DNA from: Eledone cirrhosa | Taxonomy: Eukaryota | Direction: 5' to 3' | Assembly: GCA_964016885.1 (NCBI GenBank) | Contig: OZ024740.1 | Coordinates: forward strand, 145,824,001-145,888,000 | DNA length: 64,000 nt | Part shown: piece by piece, positions 48,305 to 61,294 of the stretch | How the letters are laid out: each line of letters starts with the position of its first letter | How positions within the stretch are numbered: the stretch's first letter is position 1 | The notes under the pieces: model-generated | Seen by the model: only the letters and a program-made list of their open reading frames with translations | What the model was told of the DNA's origin: nothing | The model's database searches: none | Position numbers and translations under genes: made by a program

Positions 48305-51300
48305 TTAAACCTTATTTAATGTTGGTCTATATTTTTGAATAAACATATTTTCCTTATTTATTCGCATTTGTTCTGTTGTATTGTTAGCGCAAAGGTAAAA
48401 TGGGAAGACTTGGAATTTGGGTGTCTTATTACGTGCACTTAGTGGTATCTGTCTCGTGGTTGGATCTCGTAATTGTTGGCGATGAACTGTCATTCTGTTT
48501 CTGAGTGTGAGTTTAGTTTGTCCTATATAATCTTCATTGCATCCTTTACATTTAATGGCATAAATTAGATTTTTTGATGAGCAAGTGAAGTGATTTTTTA
48601 CAGTAAAATTTTGTCCTGATTTAAATGTATACGTGTTGCCTTCAATGAGGTGAGTGCAGGTTCCACAATTAGAGCGACCACATTTTTTGATACTTGGTTG
48701 TGGGTTTGTGGTAGGTAATTTGGCATTGGTGAGTAATGTTTTCAGTGATTTTGGTTGTCTTTTGCTTTTGATTATTTTGTGTGTTTCAAGGGCTTTTTTC
48801 ATTCTTGGGTTTTGTTTTAGTAGTGGGATGTTATTGTGAATAGTGTTGTAAGCTTCCGCATTTCTTGGGTTGTGTGTTGAGATATATGATAGAATATTGG
48901 ACGTACCTTGAATTTGTTTCTGTTTCCGTAATTCATCAATGCCTATTGCTTTAGCCCTTTCTATTCCATTATTTATTAGTAATAGTGGGTACTCTCTCTC
49001 AAGTAGAATTTCCTTTAATTCTTGAAGTCTTTTATTTCGCGTTTCATAATTGGAGACAATTGTGCAAATTCTTCTTGCTAGGTTAAAAGGAATGTTCGTC
49101 TTCGTGTGCTTTGGATGGTTGGAGGTGAATAGCAGATATTGTTTGGAATCTGTTGGTTTGTAGTGTATGTCAGTTTCGATATTTGTGTCTTTTTTTGTGA
49201 TTAAGATGTCCAGAAATGGGAGTTGATCTTGGCTGTATTCCATTGTGAATTGGATGTGGTTATTGATGCCGTTTATTAAGTTTTTGAAATCCTTCAGTTG
49301 GTCGAGTGTGTGGGACCAAAGAATGAGGCAATCATCCAAGTAGCGTTTCCAATTCTCTGATAAATATTTGTGGAAGTTCAATCCGTATTTTGATTTGGAC
49401 TGTTCATATATCTGGACTTCTAAGTATGCCATGACTAAGTTGGCATAAGTTGGAGCGGCTTTTGTGCCCATCGCAGTCCCCGATATTTGCTTGTAAGTAT
49501 TGCCATCGAAATCAAAAAAGTTGTTCTGTAGGATGAATTTTAATCCCTCGGTGATGAAGCTTTTTTCTATTCTGTCAGGTATCTCATTGGGATATTTCTC
49601 TAGCCAGAATCCTATTGCTTCTAGTCCGTATTGGTGTGGGATCGTTGTGTAGAGATTCACTACATCGAAAGACACAATAATAGTGTCGTTGTTGACATGT
49701 TTGGGAAGGTGGTTTAAGAGGTCCAGATCGTCTCTTACAAGGCTTGGTATGTGTTTCAGTATTGGTTTCAGTAGTATGTCTATAAAGTGGCTCAATCTGT
49801 GTGTTTCACATTGTGGGCCCGCTACAATTGGTCTTAATTTAAGGTCTGTGGGGTATTGTGTGTTCACGCAGGCTGAGGTGGATTGTTTACAGGCATCGTT
49901 GATTATTTTACATTTGTGGATCTTCGGAAGTCCGTAAAGGTTGCTGGTTTTGTATTCAAAATTTGTTAAATAATCGCGTTCCTTTTTAGTTAGGTCTTCC
50001 TGGTATCGATAAATCAGTGTGTTTAATTTGGTCATTATTTTTGATTGCTGGTAGTTTTTTACTCTTTCATAGTAATTAGTATTTTGTAAGAGAGAGAACA
50101 TAGAATTTTTATATTTTTCAGCCTCCATAATGACAACAGTACTTCCCTTGTCCGCTTCCTTAATTACAATGTCCGTATTGTTTTTTAGTTCATGGATAAT
50201 CTCCCATTCCCTTCGACTTGTGTTGGGTTTGGGTTTAGGTTGCGGTAGTTCATGGTATGGGAAGGTAGCTATGTGGTCACAAAATTTGTCCAGAACTCTG
50301 TTTCTACCTTTTGTTGGGTTGTAGCTGCTTTTATTCCGTACAATTGATTCGTCGTTATTCTCCTTGTCAAAGAATTCCTCTGTGAGACGTAATTTTCTAC
50401 AGAAGTGTGAGATATCGTCATTTATCTCGTTGGGGTTAGGATATTGTGGTGTTGGTGTGAATTTCAGACCTTTGGAGAGAATTTTTACTTGTTGGGCTGA
50501 GAGGTTTGTATTTGAAATGTTAATTATTTTCGGTTTTTCAAAATCGGTTTGTGCCACCGGGTGTCGTGAGTCCTGTAGCCTTGGTCTAAAAAAATGATTT
50601 TTCTGGAATGTTTTTTCATTGGTATTATTATATCTAATGGTATTTCCCCTGTTGTTGTGTGGTCTTGTATAGAAGTTTCGGACGTATTGAGGTTCGGTTT
50701 GTTGATAGTCCGGGTTGTAGATTTGGTTCCTTTGTGTGGGTTGGGATCTATGGTTTTGGAACAGGCTCTGTGTGGGCAGGGGACTACGGTTTTGGAATAG
50801 GTTTTGTGTGGGTTGTGATCTGCGGATCAGGTCCTGCCTTGTGTTCGGGGATCTTTGGTTTTTGTTAGTAGGGTTATAGTTTTGTCTATGGTTTCTGGGA
50901 TTATCGTTATAGTTTTGCTGGGGGTATGTTGGACGTTTTGTTACTTTTTTTGTTATTTGTTGTGCATGTGGTGTGTGAGTTTTAGTTTGTTTTAAAAATG
51001 GGTTACCTGTATGTTGTTCATTTTTGAAGTCCATTTCGTAGTTGTTGAACCAGGTGGCGTTTTTTTTGCCATCGCTGGAGGGATGTGAGTTCTTCATCCT
51101 CACAGTTTTCTTTCCAAAGTTTTAGGGGTTTTTTGTAGAGTAGGCCTTCAGAGTGCTTTGAGATTTCTGTGTCCATCTGTTGGTCGAGTGACTTGAATTT
51201 TTCTTCGTTGGAGTTGGCTCTTAATCGCAACAGTTCTATTTCTGTTTTAAATTTTTCCAATGCCATCTTTTCCCTAAGTCTTTGTTGGTTTTCTGGTTCA

Positions 51301-51729
51301 TTCGGGATGGGTTTTATTTGGAGTTTTTTTGGGGAGGATGATTGGGGTAGAGTTTAGCCACTTTTCATATATGTCTGCCTTGCCATTATTTTTTAGGAGA
51401 TTCCAAAGGGCGAATTTGCGGGCTGTGAGCTTTTGAGTCCATATGTTGATTAGGGTGTTTTTCACTGAGTGAACATCTCGTAGATTGGGTTCTAACGGTT
51501 GTTCAAGCTTTTGGAGCATTGCTGTTTCAATGGTTTCGATTAGCTTAGTTAATACTGGAGTAATATTCGTCTCTTGGGTATTTTCTGTTTCTTCGTGAGG
51601 TCCTTTTTTATAGATGTGTATTTGGTCCACTTTGTTGGTCAAAATTGAGAGTTTAGAGGAAATCTCTTTGAGTTCATTTAAGATGTCCTGGTTCAGTGAG
51701 TTGTTGTTTTGTTGAGACTTTGGTGGCAT
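48305..51729 (-). CDS. Penelope-like RT + GIY-YIG endonuclease, about 1140 aa if two +1 A slips (51324..51330, 51060..51067) are removed
   Basis: LSKGLKF, IKEADKG, YGLPKIHK, RPIV, SFDVVNLYT, GTAMGT, RYLDD, LPFLD, KPT, CGRSNCGTC linker, NLIYAIKCKGCNEDYIGQT. Confidence 0.9.
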
Positions 51730-51896
51730 TTTCGGTCTTCGTGTGGTGGGTATATATTAGAAAGTGAGGTTTTTTTTACAAAATGAAAAATAACCGAGGT
51801 GTCCTACACGAATGGAAGTATAAAGAAAAAGAGATGAAATCGAAAATGCAACTGAAGTCTTATTTTTTTTTTTTTTAAATATATATTTATTTGGTT

Positions 51897-51934
51897 CCTT
51901 TACCGGTTTCGCAGTTCTTCTGCTTTTCAAAAGG
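51897..51934 (-). ncRNA. Minimal hammerhead ribozyme in the 5' pLTR, U3-A8 core
   Basis: Identical to 46918..46955 (offset 4979). Confidence 0.82.
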
Positions 51935-54094
51935 TGAGTTGAGATGGAGGGTCTGTGGTTTTTCTCACATCTGGTTGGTCTCTAAATGTTACTTGTTTTA
52001 TATGGAAAAAGTGGCTCGAAAGCCAGGTTTTTCGAGAAGTAATTTGATTGGTTTGTCAATAATTATAATAAATTTCGCGCCAGTTCGCGTTACAATAGTT
52101 CTTCAAATAAGAGAGGGGGGGGGGTTGTCACAGGTTGTTTTTTCATATATGAGTGTTTGAATTTCTTTTTACTTGAAAAAAGGAGGCTCACGAAGGCTTT
52201 TTTTTGGTTGGTTATAAATGAAATTTGGCTGTCACGTGAACAAGTTTTCATTACGTTTTTGCGCCCTTATTTGGAAAACTATTCTGTAGTCTTTATAGTG
52301 AATGTTATGACAATGGAGAGATAGTGGTCAAGGGAAAAGGGATTGGGAGAAATGTTCTGGTTCAGTGAATATGGCCAGCTGTCAGAGTTCAGGTGTCAGA
52401 GTTCAGATTTTCTATTGAGACTGAAGATATGTGTTTATTTGTGTGCTTGTGTGTGTGTATATGTGTGTGTGTGTGTATGTGTGTATTGGAAGATGATTCT
52501 ATTAGTAGCGATGGGGGAGGGAGTTGTGTGTGTGTGTGTATGGGTGTTATGTGTGTGTGTGCGAGTATGTTAAGATGGAGAGAATATATATTTTGTGTGT
52601 GTGTATATATATATGTGTGTAGGAAAGTGGTTCTATTAGTAGAAATGGGGAGGGAGTTGTAGGTGTGGGGGTTGTTATGTGTGTGTATGGGTGTTATGTG
52701 TGTGGGAGTATGGTTAGCATGTTAAGATGAAGAGAATATATATATATATATATATATATTGTGTGTGTGTGTATATGTGTGTGTGTAGGAAAGTGATTCC
52801 TTTAGTAGGAATATTTTTGAATGAACATATTTTCCTGACTTTTTCGTGTTTGCTGTTGTATTGCCAGTGCAAACGTATGTTAAGGTTTATTTAGTTCATA
52901 TATATATGCATGTATGTATGTATGTTAAGATTTATTTAGTTCATATATATATGCATGTATGTATGTATGTATATGTCAGGTCACCAGTTGGTGATACTGG
53001 TAACATGTATCCCAATACAACCTGTCTCATGGTCGGGTCATTGGCGACTAAACTGGCAACCCGACCAAGGTTTCTTGGTGAGGAGGGTCACTTTGCACAT
53101 CCTGCAGGACTAAAAACAAAACCTGTCAAAGGGAAAAGGAGCTCTTAAGAGTCAATGGCCATCCAAAATCACCGGGAGAGATGACCCCTTAGCCTTTGTC
53201 AAGGCAGAATTCTAGGAGAAGGAAAACTCTGATATAACACCTGCAACCCTGATGGTATCCAATGATGTTGACTTGTTCTTCTTTTTGATAAATATCATCT
53301 TGGTTAAGAGAGTGGGACTGGCTTTGTGCAGTGCCTTTGCTCACTATAAAAGCTTCACGGCACAGGCATTGCTTTACATCTGGAGATCTCGCTGCACTTG
53401 TCGTCACATGGTACCATGGGCCCAGCACTATGCGTCAATAATTGTCACAAGTGTAGTGTTTGTACCAGAGTTTTCAAGTCGCTGGCTGGACTAAAAATCA
53501 CACTCGTTCAGCGCATCGGTAGGGGTTCTCCTATATGGATATAAAGTAGAACCCCCAAAAATCCCCCCCAAAAACAAAGAAAGCATAGATACATCAAAGC
53601 ACAAGCAGTGCAAATACAGGATGTACAGGCAGATTAAGAGAGCTTGCAAGCATGAGTCTGTGAGAAGAATAGTTGGTTAGCGGTGGTGCAGCTTTACATG
53701 TATGATTGTCTATAGGAAGGATGGTGTACTCCAGTTATATCGCCTTGTAACAGGTCGATCCTCCGTATCATATCAGCGCCCTACGAACAACATCCATTGG
53801 TTCCAGTTCCGAGCGTTAGGCGAAATAACACTATATTTCCAAAACATATACCCAGGGGATTTATCCGCATAGGCGGTCTGCGATAAACACCTAAAATGGC
53901 TAAAACTGTCAATGACATCTATGTTATTTACAGGTCCGCCACGTGGTTTTCGTATAGTACTGAGTCCGGATACTGAGCCCGGCTCTGTGGTATACTAGTT
54001 ATCCTACATTGAGCTAAAACCACACTGTCATACCAAGGGCAATATATCTGCGTGTCTGGGCACATTGATATACCTGTCAACGAAACTATATGTA

Positions 54095-54179
<85 letters not shown>

Positions 54180-55161
54180 GGGATAACAAATTATTGTTAT
54201 AGGTAGTCTACTTAGATGTAGTCCAGTTAGGGTACTCCGAGTAGTGGATAGTATTAACGCTTGGCTAAGTTTTCATAGTGATGCAGCGAGTACGCGGTGA
54301 TTTCTATGTAGGTTACACTTGGAGTAATAATAAATCAAGAAAGAAGAGTGACATGGTTTGCTATACAATAAGGGCTTTATTCACATTGCTGACACTTGTT
54401 TCTCTGAACTGATAGGGACATAATCACGGTAAGAGTGTACGCATTACTTCTAACTTTAAATTTATACCTAATTGTGTATGGTTGACGGTATATTTAGTCG
54501 ATTTCTACATGCTGTTGAAATGTTGGGTAAATATTCTATTGCGGTCGGTCGCGAAGAGGCTGCTGTCATTTATTCATCAAATATTTCTTCATAGGAGCCT
54601 TTATTCTTATAGCCTGGTCTAATTGATTTTTTATGTGGTTAATTATGCTCATTGGGATAGGAAATAGTGTATATATTTTATCAAATGATTCTATGGACAT
54701 AATTTATGATATATTGCTCTGATTATTTAATTTATTAATTCTTCATTGAGCCACATCGTGAATGGTTGCCACATATATATCTGTGACTTTGTGTATATGT
54801 AAATCTTTATATATATATATATATATAATTAATTAAAAGTTGGTTAAAGGCGAAGTCAATGAGGGACAGGTAGACATACAGACAGATATTATAAGCGCGC
54901 GACGTTGTAGCTATGTATTTATCTAAAAAGACAGAATAAGAAAGAGAGAGGAATATCGTATTATATATATTATATATAATAAAGTACCAGTAATGTACAG
55001 GGTTAATTTCTGGCCTTGTGCCAAAAGTAGAAACAATTATACTTCTTTTTATACAACTGTAAATAACTTGTTTATGTATGTGTATATACGTATATATACG
55101 TATAAAGGAATGCTGTAATAAAATGTACAAATTAAACTGCCTCTTATTTATGATACTAACG

Positions 55162-55235
<74 letters not shown>

Positions 55236-55237
55236 TA

Positions 55238-56687
55238 TCTCTATATATGTAAAACGGAAGATATCTGTCTGCGTGTGTGTGTGTATGATTTTTATGCATT
55301 TCCACATTTCTCTACCGATTTTGATGATCTTTTTTCCAATGTGCTCTAAATTTACAAAGGATGGTCAACGCGTAATAAACTTTGCCAAAAATGTCCTGCT
55401 TCTATGAAAAAAAATCGATAAAACTAAATACATGCTGTAACCCTTACACGCTTATTCACTCTGGCTACTACCATCAACACTCTATGAAACTACATACATG
55501 TTGCAACTCTCTTTAAAAGGTTCATTTCTCCCTCTACTCCAATCTCCTCTGCAACTCTCTTTAAAAGGTTACTGTCTCCGTCTACTACCCTATCACCATT
55601 ACAATTTACAACAGCGACAACACTTCTTTTCAAGGCACGCGACACAAACTTTGAAAACTAAGCAACACATCAATTTATACAACAACAAACATAGCTTTAC
55701 TCTCTCCGTCGCTCTTCCCTCTCTCTAAAGTAGATTATTCCCCCTCTCTATAATTTAACTGCTTTACTCTCTTCATGCTTCGAGGTTTAACACACCACCT
55801 TATGGTTTCTTAGCTTTACTCTCTCCGTCGCTCTTCCCTCTCTCTATAATAGATCATTCTCCCTCTTCGTTCAGTAACGCGAAATAAACTTTGATAACTA
55901 AGCAACACATCAATTTATACAACAACAAACATAGTCATAACGACGCTCATACATCAAATAACAAAACTTAAAAAGCCGATAACACTAAATACATACTCCT
56001 CTCTCAACGTTACATTTTACACAAATAACAAATATTCAAAAGCAACAGATGAATTTATAAAACAACAAACGTAATCATAACGACGCTTATGCATTCATTT
56101 ACTTGAATCTCAATAAAGACATTATATTTTATTGTTGTCCTTTTTGTAATTTTTTTTCTTTGTTTTTCGCAATATGAGACAAAAAAATAATGAGAAAACT
56201 TTTTTCAGGAACCTCCGATTTCGATGATTTATTTTCCAGTGTGCTCCAAAATATCGCCCCTGTTTACACTCTTTTGTGCTATAACTCAGACAGACTTGGC
56301 TTACAGGTTTGTCCTATTATTTGACGTGCATTCTTCATACAACTTACTTAGTACTCACTTTCCACTTACTCACTGTTCAATTCAATCGCTACTCCCCTTT
56401 CTTGCTTCATTAACTGCATAAATATTTACGTGTTCGGTCCTGCTACAACATAGTACTCACTTTAAACTAATTCAATGTTCAATTGAAAATTTTCGCTACC
56501 ACACATACTTTGAAACTACGGTCATACCCCCCCCCCCCCAAAAAAAAGACCACGACTTAGTCGCCAAACTAAAGCTGCTTCTGCTGCCAAACGAAGAAGT
56601 CCAATGCCTCAATAATCATAATTGAGTGGAATCATTAAAAGTACTTTAAAGCAATTAAACTCCGAGCAACGCCGGGCACTTCAGCTA

Positions 56688-56688
<1 letters not shown>
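55238..56688 (+). mobile_element. Non-autonomous Helitron within (TA)n
   Basis: A|TCTCTATATATGTAAAA 5' end; ccgagcaacgccggg hairpin followed by cagCTAG|T; internal duplications. Confidence 0.85.
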
Positions 56689-56754
<66 letters not shown>

Positions 56755-56899
56755 AATGAAAGTATAGAAATTATTATTGTGAGCGTGAAGCCAACAGTAT
56801 TTCATAATATATAAGTGACTATAACGTCAAAATGGAAAATAATTAACGTAAGATGTGGGAAAATAATTCAAACTCAATTAAAAAAAAATCAAGACATAG

Positions 56900-56959
<60 letters not shown>

Positions 56960-56994
56960 TATATATATATATACATATATACACACACACACAG

Positions 56995-57460
56995 ATAGCG
57001 AAGTCAATTAATGGTTTTCATAATGCAGACAGCCAGACATACAGAGACATATTATAAGGGCGCGACGTTATAGTTATATATATATCTATCTAAAAAGACA
57101 GACTAAGAAAGAAAGAGGAGTGTCGTATAACCGGAAGTGTTGACATTTGAAAATTTTAAAGAAGTGAATATTTAAATAATATCTTTAATCTTTTAACAAA
57201 ATTTAATAGACAAAAATACCCTCACTTTCTTACTTGGAAAAAGTTACATCTATGGTGCAAATTTGGTGCCATCAGCTTTATTAATATAGATATATGTATA
57301 TATTCATATATATATGCATATATATTAGAACACCCGTGACCCGTTGGATCACGTTCACTTAATAATATTCTTTAAAAATCATGTTCACTTAAAAATAATT
57401 TTTAAACGATTAAAATATATACAGACATGTATATAATGAAAAATGAAATTGGAAGGTCCA
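56995..57460 (-). mobile_element. Helitron fragments (5' end near 57290; a separate 3' hairpin cgtgacccgttggatcacg near 57335 is shared with 38370..38500)
   Basis: Module shared with 37205..37295 and 54850..54950; TCTATATTAATAAA end. Confidence 0.5.
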
Positions 57461-58648
57461 TATATGTGTGTGTATCCTAAACGGACGGTAGTCCGTTTAG
57501 TAATATTGTTGTGGTCGTGTTTTCGTTGGCAATCGTCTGTTTACGACAGTACAGCGCGGCTCTACTTTATTTAACTGAGATAAAACTTATATGAGCATGG
57601 ACAGTAGATCATTACGCATCTTTTGGCTTAAAAATCTTGAAATTTGGTCCAGCGGGAAAAAGTTTATAATCAAAGTTTGCTGATAAATCTTGTGTTCAAG
57701 TGAGTGAGCAGTAAGCGTGACGTTAGGGGAGGTAATCCAGAAATGACGAATTTTTTTCGGCGGAACTCTTGTGATTGTGATTACGTTAGTCACATGTAGT
57801 CAAATCGCCGAATCCCCTCCTCCTAATTGACTACGTCATTTCTGAATGACCCTACTTGCGTCAGTGTGAAACATTACTTCACTTTTCACTGCTAAAATGC
57901 TTTTAAATACTTCGTTAAAAATTTATGTTTATTATCAAAGCTATTTATTGTACCAATCTATCAATAGTTTGCGAAAATATAGGTAAACATGTGAGTTAAA
58001 TTTTTTTTAATCGCATCGATCGCTTTGTCGCACCGACTGTGACACTGTCTGACTGACACCTTTGTCGGACCGACACCTTTGTTCAAGCGGACAACTTTGT
58101 GTCACTGACACCTTTGTTCGTGCCGGCATCTCTGCGAAACACCGATGACAACAACCAGACCAAAATTTCACTTCATTCTTCATTCTTCTTCAAGACCGAT
58201 CGCCGACCGATCGTATCGGTTGCTCTTCATATACCAGGTATTCAACAGATAGTTTGCACTTCTAGTATTATTAACAGTCGTGCGATTTTTTGTACCGATA
58301 GGTGCGAATAGTGCGCTATATTTTTGTACCGATGGGTGCGAATAGTGCGATAGGTGCGAATAGGGTACAATATTTTCTGAGATTTGCATCCACTAATTTC
58401 GCTTAATTAAAAATGATGTTTCGCGGCTTTTTGATCGGCTTATTCATTTTTTCCATGGCACGGAAATGGAGTATTTCCATTTCGAATCAAAACTTTTCAC
58501 TAAAATCGGGCAATTGGACTGATCAAATTCACATTCATGCCAGTTTTTACAAATCCATAATTAGTAATGTGGCGAAATCGAATGACCAGAAGGTATAAAA
58601 ATATTAATTCAAATGTATTTACTTATGATACCAACAAAAATACTTAAA

Positions 58649-59208
58649 TATTTTGTATACCTGGGGCCCGTCAGGGCCAGGTAATGTTAATCGCCAACAT
58701 TGTTATCTGTTGTCCTTTTGTGAAAGTATTGGTGGTTCATGTCGGCTCTAATGATCTGAATCCTCGTCGCACCGTTGGCACTACAAAGCTGTGCAAAGTA
58801 ATACAATAATTTTTGCCCAAGTATTTTTTATTAATCATTTATTTGTAAATTAAGGACAAAGTGTCCATTCGAGGCACAAAACCGGAAAAACAGGGGAAGA
58901 GTCTCTTTGCAAGGCTACAGAAAATAGCGGAAAAGCACCACTGTACACCCATTTTCTACAGTGGTGTCATTCCACGTCCACAAAGTGTAATTGAAAATAA
59001 AAATGACTTGGGCAAGAAAAATTCTCGTTTGGAAAAGTTTAATTACTGCATGAAAGAAATGATTCAAAAATTGAACTTGCCCAATCATCACAACATTGAA
59101 AATTGGTCAAAATTTGACAAATCTGACTTCAAACCAGATATGATTCATTTGAACAATGTTGGAAATCTTAAATTGACACAAATTTTTGCCAATGTTTTTG
59201 CCACCTGA
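58649..59208 (+). pseudogene. SGNH/GDSL esterase-like coding sequence with a possible 57-bp intron at 58798..58854
   Basis: FCIPGA (block II), VLVVHVGSND (block III), FYSGVIPR, PDMIHLNNVG (block V); block I is degenerate. Confidence 0.65.
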
Positions 59209-59388
59209 TCCTTGTTCTATGGCTGACTGAATAATTTTGTGACTTAATAAAATGTCATCATACTAGTAATGCACAATGGTCATTTTTAAATTTAAATTTT
59301 ATTAAATAGTTGTTGCTTGCATTGCCTTAAAATAGTAACAAGAATGTACACATACTTTTTAAAAATACATCATTGTCAGTCAAATCAG

Positions 59389-59748
59389 TCAAATGTCACT
59401 AAAAGCCAGGTGGTCGATAACAACTTCTATAAGATTAGTTACATGCTCACACATTGGATCACCTCTCATCAATGGCATTGGGTGTCTGAGATAAGCGTGG
59501 AGATAACTGATGAAGTCACAAATGAAGTGATGGTCTTCCAGTGTGAACAACTCCCTATATCCATTGATATATGTGATGGCTTCCGATTCATAGGTGTATT
59601 TTATGAGGAATTCCATGCATCCGATTTTCAGTGATTCAATGGGCATTTTATCAGAGATGATAAGGTATTTGACCACGTTTTGCTTTGTAAGTAAATTGGA
59701 GAGAATCACTGCAGTCAAAGTCATTTCTTTGCATGGGTTTTTGTCCAT
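59389..59748 (-). CDS. Orphan 119-aa ORF, function unknown
   Basis: ATG-initiated, protein-like composition, AATAAA downstream; no homolog recognised. Confidence 0.35.
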   Translation of the reverse strand: MDKNPCKEMTLTAVILSNLLTKQNVVKYLIISDKMPIESLKIGCMEFLIKYTYESEAITYINGYRELFTLEDHHFICDFISYLHAYLRHPMPLMRGDPMCEHVTNLIEVVIDHLAFSDI

Positions 59749-60021
59749 TTTAAAAAGTTAAAATGATAAAGTATTACTACTATATAATTTACATCTATTG
59801 TTGTAACACCATTGAAATGCACAAGTTTCACTAATTCACTATTATGCACTAATCATCTCAAATGCATTCATGATTTACTAGCTTTGTCATTAAGCCAGTT
59901 GCCTCAACTAGATTGCAATTATACTCAAAAGAACTTTAAAATGTCAATCACTTGTCAGTAATTCACTATGATCATTTAATTATTAGATAGTTGTTGCTTG
60001 CATTGCCTTAAAAAATAGTAG

Positions 60022-60739
60022 ACCAGATAGAAAAATGCGTACAGCAAAAAAAAGTAATATTGTTGGAATATAAACCTTTAAAAATACAGGACAAGAAACT
60101 AAAATAAAACTTTAAAAGAATAGGACAAGAAACTAACATAAAACTTTAAAAGAATAGGACAAGAAACTAAGATAAAACTTTAAAGAATTGGACAAGAAAT
60201 AAAAAATTTTACAATAATATTCATCTGGACTGCCGGACTTGAACTCAAGGACAAGATGCAAGGAGAAGATGGACGGGTTGGTCAAGATCAAGGATGAGCG
60301 AGACGACAAGACCGTCCGCTGCTGCTCAAGATCTGTGCTCATGGGCCCATGGGTCCATTCACATTATGCATGACACATGAGGCGTGTCGCCGAATGATGA
60401 AATAGGGGTATGTTTATGGCTCAATTGGTGTTCAAACCAGGATCAAATGATCCCCCCGGTCTGACGACGACCTCTGAATGTGGAACCCAGAGCCTATGAA
60501 TGTGGAACTCGATTTTTTACCAATAAAAATTTTGCCACTAATATTATTGTAAATTTTTTTATTTCTTGTCCAATTCTTTAAAGTTTTATCTTAGTTTCTT
60601 GTCCTATTCTTTTAAAGTTTTATCTTAGTTTCTTGTCCTATTCTTTTAAAGTTTTATTTTAGTTTCTTGTCCTGTATTTTTAAAGGTTTATATTCCAACA
60701 ATATTATTTCTTTTTGCTGTACGCATTTTTCTATCTGGT
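60022..60739. mobile_element. Foldback-type element with about 200-bp TIRs (60022..60221 / 60540..60739) containing 34-bp subrepeats
   Basis: Inverted repeat; ggacaagaaactaa.ataaaactttaaaagaata repeated. Confidence 0.85.
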
Positions 60740-61294
60740 ACATATATATGTGCGTAGGTGTGTTTGTATGTATATATTTAACGAATTGTATTAACAAGAA
60801 AGAAATAGTTATATAATGGATAGTATGGTAATATGTATAGAATAGATATGTTGGTTATTTAGTTGTTATGATAATAACAATGTTGTTAGTGTGGGTATGG
60901 TTGGTGTGCGGTGGCCGGAGGCTGGGGAGTGCTCGACCGGAAGAGTGCTTGACCGGAAGGGTGCTTGACCGGAAGGGTGCTCGACCGGAAGGGCCAGCAG
61001 GTCTGCCTCTCTCTAGCGTGGTCAGCGTAGGTGGTGGACGTCAGTTTTGGAGCTCCTGGTTAACGAGTTGGATTGTACGCACGTGGGAGAGGAGAAACCA
61101 GCCATTGGATTACCGGTGCCAGCAATAAGCGATAAGTGAAGTAGCTTTTTCTAACCACAAGCTATTTCGGCACTGGAAGACGATAAAAAAAAAAGAACTT
61201 TCTCGAAAACAAAGCTACTGGAAAACAGAGAGGAGTCTGTTGTCTTTTATTACTTACCGCAGGACAAAATTAGGATATGGCGACGAGATTACGA

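Larger units (their letters stand above)
46778..52897 (-). mobile_element. Near full-length Penelope-like retroelement (Neptune-type) with pseudo-LTR direct repeats 46778..48229 and 51757..52897
   Basis: Near-identical direct repeats flank the RT-GIY-YIG ORF; 3' end at (TA)n. Confidence 0.93.

Noticed and set aside
53000-53520. GC-richer segment, possibly a LINE 5' region
   Set aside because: No diagnostic motif or terminus could be confirmed by eye.
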